A DNA stretch of 64,000 nucleotides from the human T2T-CHM13v2.0 reference genome, Homo sapiens. The stretch lies in NCBI RefSeq assembly GCF_009914755.1, contig NC_060942.1; one strand, written 5' to 3'. The notes under the pieces were generated by a model. It saw only the letters and a program-made list of their open reading frames with translations. It ran no database searches and had not been told where the DNA came from. The position numbers were made by a program, and so were the translations under genes. Shown piece after piece: positions 32,476-46,307 of the stretch (positions within the stretch are counted from its first letter, which is position 1; each line of letters opens with the position of its first letter).

Positions 32476-32523
32476 TTTTTTTTTTTTGTAGAGATGAGGT
32501 CTCACTACATTGCCCAGGCTGGT
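32476..32523 (-). mobile_element. AluJ/FLAM fragment
   Basis: Poly-T then GTAGAGATGAGGTCTCACTACATTGCCCAGGCTGGT. Confidence 0.8.
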
Positions 32524-33832
32524 GACTATGGCCTCATAGTATGTTTGAAATCAGGTAGTGTGATGCCTCCAGACTTGTTCTTTTTGCTTAGTCTTGCTTT
32601 GGCTATGTAGGCTCTTTTTCGGTTGCAGACTTGAAACCATAAAAATTGTAGAAGATAACACTGGAAAAACCCTTCTAGACGTTGGCTTAGGCAAAGATCT
32701 CATGACCAATAACCCAAAAGCAAATGCAACAAAAACAAAGATAAATAGGTGGGACTTAATTAAACTAAAGAGCTTTTGCATGGCAATAGGAACAGTCAGC
32801 AGAGTAAACGGACAACCCACAGAGTGGGAGGAAATTTTCACCACCTATACATCCAACAAAGGACCAATATCCAGAATCTACAAGGAACTCAAACAAATTA
32901 GCAAGAAAAAAAAAATCCCATGAAAAAGTGGACTAAGGACATGAGTAGACAGTTCTTAAAAGAAGATACACAAATGGACAATGAACATATGAAAAAAATG
33001 TTCAACATCCTTAATTATCAGGGAAATGCAAATTAAAACCACAGTGTGATATCACCTTACTCCCACAAGAATGGCCATAATAAAAAAATTAAAAAATAAT
33101 AGATGTTGGGTAGATGCGGTGAACAGGGAACACTTCTACACTGCTGGTGGGAATGTAAACTAGTACAACCACTATGGAAACAGTGTGGAGATTCCTTAAA
33201 GCACTAAAAGTAGAACTACCATTCGATCCAGCAGTCCCACTACTGGGTATCTACCTAGAGGAAGGGAAGTCATTATACGAAAAAGATGCTTGCACACATG
33301 TATTTATAGCAGCACAATTCACAATTGCAAAAATGTGGAACCAGCCCAAATGCCCATCAATCAACAAGTGGATAAAGAAACTGTGATATATAAATATATC
33401 ACAGTTGTTGTATACATATATATATATACACACACATATATATATGATGGAATGCTATTCAGCCATAAAAAGGTATGAATTAATGGCATTCGCAGCAACC
33501 TTGGTGAGATTGGAGACTATTATTTTAAGTGAAGCAATTCAGGAATGGAAAACCAAACATCATATGTTCTCACACATAAATGGGAGCTAAGCTATGAGTA
33601 TGCAAAGGCTTAAAAATGATACAATGGACTCTGGGGACTTGGGGAAAGGCTGGGAAGGTGGTGATAGATAAAAGACTACACACTGGGTACAGTGTACACT
33701 GCTCGGGTGATGGGTGTACCAAAACGTCACAGATCACCTCTAAAGAACTTACTCATGTAACCACATACCACCTGTTCCCAAAAACCTATAGAACTAAAAC
33801 TTTAAAAAACAAAACAAAGCAAAACAAAAAAA
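32521..33832 (+). mobile_element. L1PB-like 3' end with 5' inversion (32521-32627 antisense, 32628-33832 sense)
   Basis: ORF2 C-terminal peptide [19 protein letters not shown]; 3'UTR GGGTACAGTGTACACTGCTCGGGTGATGGG; A-rich tail. Confidence 0.88.
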
Positions 33833-34753
33833 GGAGCATAGAAAAAAAAGGCTTCAAAACAATACAGGAAGTCATATGGACGTAAAAATCTTAACCCTTT
33901 TAAAGCTCAGTTTTCCAAAGTAATTACAAATCTAATAAAGACAACACAAAAATTATCTTGATAAAATGTAAAATCTTTGGTTTTTTTAGAGACCAGTTGC
34001 AAAAAAAGGTAAAGGAAAATCTCCTGCAGTGTGATTGTCTCTTCTGAAGGGAAGGCCATTTAAATAACCTGGAAAATTTGAATACTCTTTTCAAACCTGA
34101 TGAAAGCTGTATTCAAATTTAATCAGACAGGTTTATGAGTGTACACTATATTATGGAGGAATATAAACAAGAAAACTAGTACCTTGAGAAGCAGAATACA
34201 TGATTCTTAGTAACAGCATGGGAAGTTTCCTGGTTACATGAACAATTCAGACATATTGAGAAAAGCCAAGAGGGCAGGGTCATGTCATACTGCAGGAAAA
34301 CATTGCTTTTCCAGACCTTCCACATAAACATATCGGTGTCAGGCCATAACAGCAGAGCTGGAACTAGAGGGGAAAAAATGTTATAGAGTTGACAAGCAGA
34401 GAGTTATCACCCCAGCCAAGCAAAAACACATTCCTTTTCAAGGAGAGAAAGAACAAAAGGCAATGAGGACTGACCTGCAGATCATGTGCAGTAAGCTACA
34501 GAAAGGTGAGCTTCTGAGATATAAATCTGAGAAGTTTGGGGAAAAAAATTTACCTCAAGAAATAAAATTGGTATTCTGAATAAAAAGGATGACAATTTTC
34601 ATCCTGAAATAGAGAAATTAATTAGATCACAGGAAGAAATAAAAACTTTCAGTAGTTTAGAAGATGGCTGTTAGAAAAATGTCAAAATGAAAAATCAAAA
34701 TGCCTGTGGTTTTAGTAAGAGCTAATCAGTACTTTAAGAAAACCTGTTGTTGA

Positions 34754-35416
<663 letters not shown>

Positions 35417-36360
35417 GTATTAGTGTCTTTTTAATATCAAAGCTCAATCTTTAGAAAGACTTATAAGTTACAATCATAGCCAAGTAAATCACGTACAAAA
35501 TTCCTTTAGTAAATTCTCTTTTTGTGAACTTTATCACAACTTAATGAGACTATTAATGACAGGCTTGGACTTTCTAAGTTTTCCTATTATTCTTCTTTTC
35601 AAAATAAGCAGTCATTTTACCGCAGGACAGAATTTACCACAGGAGATTCTTTCTCAAACAAAAGTATTTCTTTTCTTTTTAACCTTCCTTGTCAGAAATA
35701 CATCTTCATATCTATAACTTTTCTCACATCTCCTTCTCCTACTTACTGGTTCCTTTTTGTTTTGTTTGATATTTTGAAACAACCTCTAAATAACCTCCAA
35801 ATTCAACAAAATTATTTTTTCTTAATCAAGAACATATTTATGCCTTTCTCATTAAAACACACATCTTATTCTTTTGGCACATTTTATGTATAAACACATA
35901 TAACTCTTAGTAACCCTAAATTTTAGTGAAAACTTAGAAGGAAGAAGTCTTGAATTGTCTGTCATATATCAGTATTTTATAGATGACAACCATTTTATGA
36001 CGTTTAGAAACATGTTTCCCTATAACATTTTTATGTATATTAGTAAACCCAAGTATGTTTAATCTTTCTATAAAATTTAAGAAGCCAAGAACAAAATTAT
36101 GTATATGTTCAGCAATTTGTTTTCATTGTTTTTAAATCTTATTTAGAAATAACCTAGACATTTAAAATTTACCAATTAATTTAACATAATATAACTTTAA
36201 GATTTCAAATGGCATATAAGATTAGTTTATAAACACTTATCCCATTTACATTTACTTAATTAATTTATTTTTGAACAGTTTACCTAGATTACTTATGAGA
36301 ACTGGAATACAAGACAATGTTGGTCATGATTTCAAGTTATTTCCCTGATACTCATTTCTT

Positions 36361-36672
36361 ATTTTTTTTTTTAAATTTTTTGAGATGGAGTTTCATACTG
36401 CAGCCCAGGCTGGAGTGCACTGTTGCCATTTTGGCTCACTGCAGCCTCCAACTCCTGGGTTCAAGCAGTTCTGCTGACTCAGCCTCCTGAGTAGCTGGGA
36501 CTACAGGCACTCACCACCACACCTGGCTAATTTTTTGTATTTTTAATGGAGACAGGGTTTCACCATGTAACCAAGACCACCAGGCTGGTCTTGAACTCCT
36601 GACCTCAGGTGATGCGCCTGCCTCGGCCTCCCAAAGTGCTGGGATTACAGGTGTGAGTCACCACACCCAGCC
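36361..36672 (-). mobile_element. AluS
   Basis: TSD CTGATA(C/T)TCATTTC. Confidence 0.96.
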
Positions 36673-37748
36673 CTGATATTCATTTCAATAGCCTGTGAAT
36701 ATCAGATGTTCACTTAGGTAAGAATCTTAAATACACAGGCATTTTGCCAATAATGCAGAAGATACAGAAGTTTTTATTAAACCAACAATATTAAATTAGT
36801 CTTATCAAAAAATTTACACAAAGATTATTTTGTTTTAGGCTGGTTTTATATTTTTATAACCTTTACATCAAATTCTGACACTTTAAAATATTTAGGATAG
36901 ACAAATATAAGACTGTCTGACTAGTAAACCTGAGCAAAAATGTATGCTGACAAATCTGAAGACATTTCTATTTTTATTTTACCAATAATTTTAAAACCAG
37001 TTTGTCTGTTAAAGTTTTACTTAAGTCACATGAACTAAAAAGCATTTGTGCTAATTACTATATATTTTATATGAATGTTCATTTATCTTTAAGGCATTTC
37101 TGGCCAACTACCCAGATTTTACTATGTGGACATAGCATATAACATAATACATGTATATATGTGTAAAGAACATCTAAATGCATACACACAAATAAAGATC
37201 TTATATCTTTCACTTAATAATTTAGTCATGAAATAGTAATACAAACTCACCAGTTTATAAAAGAGTTGAATTCAAATAATATTTGTGACAAAATTGGAAG
37301 CTATTCATATAGCTAGACTTTAGTTGCTCTGATAGGTAATCTAATGAAAGCTGTACCCTTCTGGGTAAAGGAGTTTCCATGGCAGTTTGATTTTTAAAAA
37401 CTTTTCACCCCTTTTTTTCTTTTAGTTTCAAATAAGTTAGGGGTTAAATGTTCAATGTTTGCATTTTAGCTAGGACTGGCTGAATTGTGTAAGAAAAACA
37501 AAATCTCCAAGTAGTGTTGAACTAGTAACAAATCTATCTTTTGTTTGCTGGCCTGGTTTGCTTGATTAGCAAATGTGTGTTGGGAAGACTTCCAGCAGTT
37601 TTTTTTTCTTTTTTTTTTTCTTTTATCCAGCCTTTCTTTTTGGACTCTGCATGACAGCAAAAGCAAAAACTGAGAAAATCAATGAAAGAAAGAAATCCTA
37701 GATGGCACCAGGATGTAAAATGGGAGGACTCTGAAGAAAGATGGTGTA

Positions 37749-38239
37749 ATGTGTGAGGAGCAGCACTGTGGGGAGGAAGCCTTTCCCTGGTCATGAACTG
37801 CCTGGATCGCTACCTGTCCAGCATCTCCACCCAATGGCACAGTTGCAGCTCCTGGGTGCAGTCCACATCCTGCTGGCCTCCAAGCTGGGTGAGACCTTAC
37901 TCCTGACCATCAAATAACCATGCATCTGCACCAACCACGCTGTCTCTCCTCGCCAGTTGTGGCTGTGATTGCTCTGATTTCCTGACCCTGATTCTGCACC
38001 AGCTCTCTCTGCCCTGTGACCAACAGATCTTGGTTGAAAAGCACTCCTTGACTTTTTTGTCCCTGTGTGCTAGAGCTTGCACTTTTGCTGTGTACCTGTC
38101 AGGCATGATTGCATCAGGCACCACTAAGGCCATGTGCAAGGCCGGGGTGACTGCTCCACACCAAGGATGAGCTCACAGAGCTGCTGGCAGGGGTCACATG
38201 GGTCACTGAAGTGGGCTGCCTGCAGGCCGCTGCACCCAG
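37749..38239 (+). pseudogene. CCND3: Processed cyclin D3 pseudogene fragment (internal CDS only, cyclin box region)
   Basis: Translates piecewise to CEEQHCGEEAFP / MNCLDRYLS / AQLQLLGAVHILLASKLGET..TI / NHAVSPRQL / DFLTLILHQLSLPCDQQILVEKHSLTFLSLCA / DELTELLAG / TEV.CL.A, matching cyclin D3; intronless; frameshifts, TAA at 37915-37917 and internal deletions. Confidence 0.92.
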
Positions 38240-38330
38240 ACTGGGAAACAAAAAGTATTTTATCATCCCAGGAGTGATGTATGGTCCTTTATTAAGACAG
38301 CCTTATCCAAACAGATCCCAAACAATATCA

Positions 38331-38638
<308 letters not shown>

Positions 38639-38811
38639 GCCTCTACCAAAGGAGGGGGAGACTCAGTCTAAGAGAAGACCCCCGCCACGGCAGAAACATG
38701 GAGCTGTGGACACAGAGAGCTCCAACAGCTCACATGAGAACAGCGCACCGGGTCCAAGAATCACCGATCTTTTTTCCAACAACGATTTTCTGCAGGTCCT
38801 GATATCATATA

Positions 38812-39246
38812 TGTCAACCTGAACAACAAACAGAGAGAGTCTCTCTAAAATGAATGATACTTATTTGGGAACAGAGCATTGCAATGGGAATATGTGTGCC
38901 ATCGTAAACGATGTGTGAATTCAGGGAGGTAAAGGAAGACAACGGTTTTCAAAAAGGAAAAATGAGGATTGCATAATTGTTTTGAAATAATTATCCTTGG
39001 CTCCTAAGACAATGCCAAGGGTGAGGCCAGTGCAAGTTTGGACAGGCAGTTGCTGGGCAGATGTCCTTGCAGAGCCGATTCTGTGTAAGGTTGCAAGGGC
39101 CTTTGTGCAAGGTTGTGGGTTTTGCAGTCTTTTGTGATAGTTTCTGTTCTCAGGCACATAAGCATGAGGACCCTCCTTTCCCCAACTCTGTTTATCAGGG
39201 TTTTCTTAACATTAGGGATTCCATTTTGATTCTGGCAACTTTCACA
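38812..39246 (-). mobile_element. MER65-type ERV1 LTR (5' LTR, near full length)
   Basis: Minus strand TGTGAAAGTTGCCAGAATCAAAATGGAATCCC...TTCAGGTTGACA; TG..CA ends. Confidence 0.85.
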
Positions 39247-39767
39247 TGCCCATCCCCCTTATCAAAAAGCAAAACACGTAAGTATTTCTGTACCACCTCC
39301 TCACATACCAGTGAGGTTGAAAGTGTGTCGTTTCTATTTTTCTTCCAGACTAATCTTTGTGTTAATTTTAACCTGATTCTCTGCATAGACAAATAATAAT
39401 TATTAACATTTATGGTGTCTATGTACACAAAGATTGTTTTGGTTGACTCTCATCATGATCAATCAAATTGATCTTATTATTTCTACTTTCCAGGTGATGA
39501 AACTTGGAGGTTTATTGACTTTTTCATGAAGGAGAAAAGAGGCATGAAAGAACATAGCCAGCTTTTCTGACCCTGTACCATTACCATTCCAACAGACTGT
39601 CATTGTAGTACTGGGGGAGTGCAGCTGAGGAAGGACTCCGTCATCATCCCATTCCCATGAAAGGCCTTCAAACTCGTAACAACCAACTTTGGAAGCTTCA
39701 AAATTGGTAGTCATGTTCAGAGCCAGACCTCTCACAATTCTTTTAGGAATCCAATTCTTCTTCTTCT

Positions 39768-40072
39768 TTTTTTTTTTTTTTTGAGGTGGAGTCTTGCTTT
39801 ATTGCCCAGGCTGTAGTGCAGTGGCACAATCTCTGCTTGCTGCAAGCTCCACCTCCTGGGTTCATGCCATTCTCCTGCCTCAGCCTCCCTAGTAGCTGGG
39901 ACTATAGGTGCCCGCCACCATGCCTGGCTAATGTTTTGTATTTTTTTTTTTTTTAGTAGAGACGGGGTTTCACTGTGTTAACCAGGATGGTCTTGATCTC
40001 CTGACCTCATGATCCGCCTGCCTCGGCCTCCCAAAGTGCTGGGATTACAGGCGTGAGCCACCACGCCCAGCC
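39768..40072 (-). mobile_element. Alu (Y/Sc-like)
   Basis: TSD AGGAATCCAATTCTT. Confidence 0.97.
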
Positions 40073-40089
40073 AGGAATCCAATTCTTAA

Positions 40090-40445
<356 letters not shown>

Positions 40446-41524
40446 TAAGAAGAAAAGTCTTTTAAAGATGTCACACATTTACCATTTCTGATGTCCTTGG
40501 GGCACCTGTGGGTGGAGCCCTCCATAGGCACCATAGCCAAGGGCTTGTGCACGGTGATAGGTGCGTGTCACCTTCTGCAGGACCACACCTGTAGGGCCGT
40601 GCTCCAAGAGCAGTTATTCACAATTTAGAGTGTCACACGTATTACTTCTTCATTTGAAAATATTATGGACATAAAAACACTAGAAAAGTTTGCTAACCTA
40701 GTTTATTTCAAGATATCATGTATTTTGTTGTAAATGTTAAAAATTCTTTAAACGGACATGCATCTTCTTATTTGGAGAAGGGTTTCATGTGAAGCTTCAC
40801 ATGAAAACTAATCTGTAAAGACATGCAGAATACCACGTGCTAGAGTGTGCAGCTGAATGAGCTCAAGCTCAACATGGGAGATCAACGCCGGCCTCACCAT
40901 CACGCCAAAGAACCTGCCTGAAAACTTCTTTTGCAGCCAATTAGTTATTACTCACACAATAGCCTTCAGAAACCAGATCTGTTCTCTTTAGTAGGTTTAA
41001 AGTTCAGCTTCCCAGGCCAGATCTGCGTGGTTTGCTTCCAGCTTTGTCTAATCACCTACTTCCCGTCTGGCGCCTTCAATTGTCCCTTCAGCTTGACTGA
41101 TAATATCACTATGTCACAATATCAAGGACCGTGGTAACTTAAAAGAGCTGAACTTAATTTATAAACTTCTCATGATGATCCTGTGATGTAACAGACATGA
41201 GGGGTTGGACCAAAATTAACATTTAGAGAGGAGAGGATGTTCCAATAGAATCATAAGCAATTATGTAATCTTTTGAATAAATCAGGTATTTTTCTCCAGG
41301 TTGGTTGTTACATGACCATAAAGGACAGCATCAGAAATAATAAAATAATTATATTTTCCTTTTCTAATTAAAATGAGGATGGAAAAAATTTCAGAAGGTA
41401 ACATTTGCTTGGCAGGAGGTTTGCAAGCAGCTAGTTCTATCTCCAGGGGGCTGTGTGGTAACCCAATGACATTGACTGGAAATGTCTCCTGTGAGCTGCA
41501 GATCCTGAAGGTGGTACCTTCTGA

Positions 41525-41843
<319 letters not shown>

Positions 41844-42019
41844 TGACATCTTTTTAAAAATGCAGTTGTGCTCGGAAGGGCAAATGAGAAATAACATCAC
41901 CATCAACATGACGGATATTTTGGCATGACTTCATTAACAAATGGATTTCTGACCTGTCAGTTTCCTAGGAACCGGGCTGGGAGGTTGGACTCCTAAGTTT
42001 GTCAGGTATCAAACACTTG

Positions 42020-42542
42020 GGATTAATACTAAAAAGAAATAAGCCGTCAAGTCATGAAAATACACGGAGGAAGCTTCAACATATATTCCTAAGGAAAGAA
42101 TCCCGGAAAGCCTGCATCCTGCGGGGTCCAGCTGTATGACACTCTGGAAAGGTGATGCCATGGGGACAGCAAGATCAGTGGTCACCAGGGGTGGGAGAGA
42201 GGGAGGAACATATAAGAGGGACACTGAAGCTGTTTAGGGCAGTGAAAATACTCCGTGTGTTACTGTAATGGTGGGTATATTTCATTATACATTTGTCCAA
42301 ACTTACACCTGTACAACTTATACAACACCAAGAGTAGGCCCTGATGTAAACTATGCACTGTGGGTGACAGTGGTGCGTCAACGTAGGTTCATCAGCTGTA
42401 ACAAATGCACCCTCTGGTGGGGGGACATTGATCATGGGGGAGAGCACTGCACATGTGGGGACAGGGGTTCTAGGCGAACTCTGTATTTTCTGCTCAATTT
42501 TGCTGTGAACCTGAAACTGCTCTTAAAAACATTTATTTAAAA
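42020..42542 (+). mobile_element. L1MC-like 3'UTR
   Basis: CATTATACATTTGTCCAAAC..TGTAAACTATG..CTCAATTTTGCTGTGAACCTGAAACTGCTCT. Confidence 0.8.
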
Positions 42543-44749
42543 ATGGCAATACGTGGTAGCATCTTATATTATGAGATTAAAGCATTTGATAATCCTTCTG
42601 CAGCAAAGTAAATTGATCATATGCAATTCCAATACCGTGCTTAAACATGATGATGCGTTGAATTTATGGTTCATTTCCGAATCTAAGAAATTTATTGACA
42701 AATCCGGTTGCTACTGCCGCAGCAGAATAAAGTATTTCCAAATTGAAATTAACAATAAAAGCCATCTAAGGGCTATAATGACTCAAAACAGATGATCTAA
42801 TTTGGCATTTCTGGCAATAGAGCACACTTATAATCCAAACAGCACAATTAGCAATTTTGCTGAGATGAAGACAAGAAAAAATAAATTTACAATAACTTAT
42901 TTAAATGAAATTTAAAAAATTCCAGGAACTCCAGTTCCAAGGGAAGGGGAGATGGAACTAGGGCCTTCCAACAGCCAGGAAGGACTCCTTAGGGGCCTGA
43001 GGTGGGAAGGACCTTTGCTCCTGCAGCACGGGCAGGCTGCCCCTGGAATCACACGGGTCGAGACCCAGGGACCCAGCAGTGTCCAGCTCTCCTCCTTGCC
43101 TCGTAGGTGAGGAAGGGGCACCCAGGAGGGAGGGTGACGACGCAGCTGTGGCACGGCTCACTCGCTGCCTCTGTGTCTTGCTCACATGCTTGCTTGCAGT
43201 ATTGATTTTTTTTCTGATTAAAATTAGATGCTTCTCATTTCAGAACTCTAGGAACTATAGAAAAGCCTAAAGAGTAAATAAAAACAACAAGAAAGATGGT
43301 TACAGACATGAGCATAGTAAAGTGACATTTTCAGAGCTGCGAGATGGGGCCTGGAGGGTCCGGCTCCTGTTTTGTCTTCAGATGACCCTTGTGTCTCCAG
43401 AGACGTCAGCTGACCTCGCTCTCTAACCGCCTTCTCCTCCCACTCTGCGACTGGCTGGCCAGGGCACCTCCTCCTGTCGTTTGTACATGTTCACGGGGTT
43501 TTTTGCTGTCCTCCTTCCTGCAAGTGCTATGTCACGTGTCTCTGTTCTGGGGCACGAGAATCCAGCCTACCCGCTTAGGGGGCCCCGCGGTGCACTGCTA
43601 AGTGTACTCATCATCCGCGTGGCCAAACACTCTGACAAAAGCTTCCTGCATTTCAAAAGGCAACCTGTCCATTTTCCATTTTAAGATAGATACTTTTGGA
43701 AGAGTACAGACACAACAAAAACAGTAACATTATTCTATTTTTACAAGATATGTAATAAAAATGACTACATTTTCAAGAGAGTCCTATAAAATAATGTGTG
43801 CCAAATCCTCATAAACGTTCCATTTTAACAGTGGGCTGGCCGAGACTTTTAGAAAGAATTTATCTGGAAAATGCCAAGCCAGCTTATAAATATTTTCCAG
43901 TAGCATCACTGCCAAAAGCGTGATGTGTTTATTGCAACTGTTGCACGTTGTGCGGACTAGGCCGTTTCACACGGTGAGCGATGGCGAGCTGGGTCTCTCG
44001 CTGTATTTTCCAGTCTGTTTTCTCGCTTTGTACTTCTCAAAACGAAGCTGTCACTTTCCGTAAGAGGCCAGTTCTGCCTTGACTCTGAGAAGCTCTGCTG
44101 TAAATACTTCTGAAGTGCTCGTGTGGTCTTGCTTTTCCTTTCTTCTTTTTTTTCTTTTTGCGCTTGAAATTGATTTTAGGTGTTCCTATCAAAAGGAATT
44201 CTTTCAATCTTCCTGCATCTTATATAGTAATAATCGTTGCACTCACCTCAAAGAGGGCCTTACTGCCCGACAACTGGTCAACCTCATTAAATGACCCATA
44301 ACACAAACCCTCCAGGAGCCACCGGGGGCACCTGCCGTGGTGGCTGAAGGGTCACGAGTGCCTTCAATGTCTTTGTCGAAGGCTGTGGCATGGGCTGGAT
44401 GTGTCCTTGCTTCCTGACGGGCCGTGTCTTCACCTTTTCCTCTCTGAGGCTGTGGCTGCCTGGGCCGCTGTCCGTGCTGGAAGTCTCCCGTGGAGGAGGA
44501 GGCCTGGGGGTGCCGTGTGTGGCCTCTGCGTGGGCAGGACGGGGGCACCGCACAGTGCAGCACTGTCTTTCCAGGTCCTCTCTGGGACGTGACTGTCAGC
44601 ATGTGCAGAAGACCAGCCAGGTCCCCCTGCTCCTCTCGGTCAGGGAGCCAGGCCATCCCACCCGCACCCCTACCGTCACACTGTCCTGTGAGGCCAACAG
44701 CACTGCTGGCCACAGCTCTGGCTCACCATGTCCCTGGCTACCGTGTTTG

Positions 44750-44910
44750 TTGGGTTTTTTAATGATTGTGGTAAAATATAAAGACATAGAATCAAGCATG
44801 TTAACCATTTCTAAGTGCACAGGTCCGTGCCACTAAGCACGTCTGCACTGATGAGCAGCCAACACCACCCTCTGTCTCCAGAACTTTCTCCTTGCCCCCG
44901 ACGGAAACTC
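44750..44910 (-). mobile_element. L1MB 3' end fragment
   Basis: ATTGTGGTAAAATAT..TTAACCATTTCTAAGTG..TCCAGAACTTT. Confidence 0.6.
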
Positions 44911-46024
44911 TGGGGTACCTTGTTTTATGAATTATCTCTTTTGTTCCACTTTGTCTCCCTAAGCAGCTTGTGCATCTCTTGAGAACAGGTCCTATCACAC
45001 GGCCCGAACCGTACCTAGCAGGAGCGCAGTGGGCCCTTGATACCTGCGGCCTGTGTCTCAGGGCCTCTGCCTGGCTCCTGCTCAGAAAACTGCCTCCTCC
45101 CTCCCTGAGCCCCTGTTCATTACATTAACCAGAACGCGCCGTCTGTCGCTAAGTGGACCAGGGCTGAGTCCTGACCCAAGAAGGGCCAACTGAAGTCACT
45201 CTTCAAGGCCTTGGACTTGGAACAGAAGTCAAATCAGTCCTGGAAGTGACTGGAAATGCAACATTTGAACTGAAAAGCCATGGAGTCCCCCAAAAAGCAG
45301 ACATGGGAATAGGCAATGAGAGAGAGAAAGGAAGTGGGTGGGAGAAGGAGGCTTCACGTCCTGCTTTTCTTCCTTTTCCAAGGCCTGACTCACGTTCTCT
45401 TAGCCCATGGAATAACCCAGCGCCTCATATGAAATGCCTCTTTTAACTAATGCAGTTTTATTAAGACCGACCTGCAGGTGGTGGGACTAGCCCAGCAGTG
45501 TGACGCTTGTGGCAAAACTCACGACTCGAGCTTCCAATGGCAGGAGTGAAGCACAGGAAACTGGGCTGAAGCTCCTGAACGTTGTTCCTGCCCGGGAGGA
45601 CGCCTGCAGCCGCGCTCTGCTCCCACAGCAGCTCCGCATGGGCTCTGTGACCACCGTCCTCTCCCCGGCACGGGTAAGGGGCAGCCTGCAGAATCGCCTG
45701 GGTAGCACCAAGCGCCACGCAACCCGCAGGGCGCTCGCAGATGGAGGCCACGCGGCCTGCAGAGAAGCCCCTCTGGCTCGGTTGTTGATTGAACCGTGAA
45801 CTTTCTGCTTCCATCTCCTGCAGGAGGCTGAGCCTTCCACTTGCAACACACATCTCCACATCTCAGCAATTCGCCATTCAGGTTTCTCTCGCTGGCGTCA
45901 GTGTCCAGTGTGTGTCTGCAGCTGCTGCCCAAGCAGGGACTTGGGGCCCCGGGCTCCGTTCTCCTCATGTGGCCCTCAGGGTGGCTGATGGGAGAGGAGA
46001 CAAGCACGGATGCACAGGCCAGAC

Positions 46025-46307
46025 TTTTTTTTTTTTCTTTTTGTCTTTGTACAAGATTTTATTAAAGGTCTTTACAGAGCAACACCCAGACTCCAGAATA
46101 CAGTTGCCAAGGAGACCCTGTTAGCTGTGGGGCCTGGCCGGGGCGTGGCAGGAGGCTCTGGCTTCCCATCTTCTCTTCTGAGATGGGGGTGGTGGGCAGT
46201 ATCTCATCTTTGGGTTCCACGATGCTCACGTGGTCAGGCAGGGGCTTCTTAGGGCCAGTCTTGCCAGCTGGGCCCCAGGGAAGCATGATCTTCACCTTGA
46301 TGGCACC
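46025..46307 (-). pseudogene. RPS3: 5'-truncated processed pseudogene of ribosomal protein S3
   Basis: [39 protein letters not shown] matches the RPS3 C-terminus; 3'UTR, AATAAA (46058-46063), poly(A) and TSD GGCCAGACTTT at 46017 and 46308; frameshift near the C-terminus. Confidence 0.96.

Noticed and set aside
32594-33590. ORFs resembling reverse-transcriptase protein C-terminus (also 47379-47869)
   Set aside because: Broken L1 ORF2 remnants in truncated elements; not functional.
37749-38239. Functional cyclin D gene
   Set aside because: Frameshifts, an in-frame stop, internal deletions and missing N- and C-termini.
38790-38811. PBS for the MER65-type provirus
   Set aside because: Minus strand TGATATCAGG only weakly resembles TGG-starting PBS sequences; cannot assign a tRNA.
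45461-46124. Overlapping 100-160 aa ORFs in GC-rich DNA (also 10017-10697, 44243-44836, 56586-57459)
   Set aside because: Expected from stop-codon scarcity at high GC; no recognisable homology or consistent exon structure.
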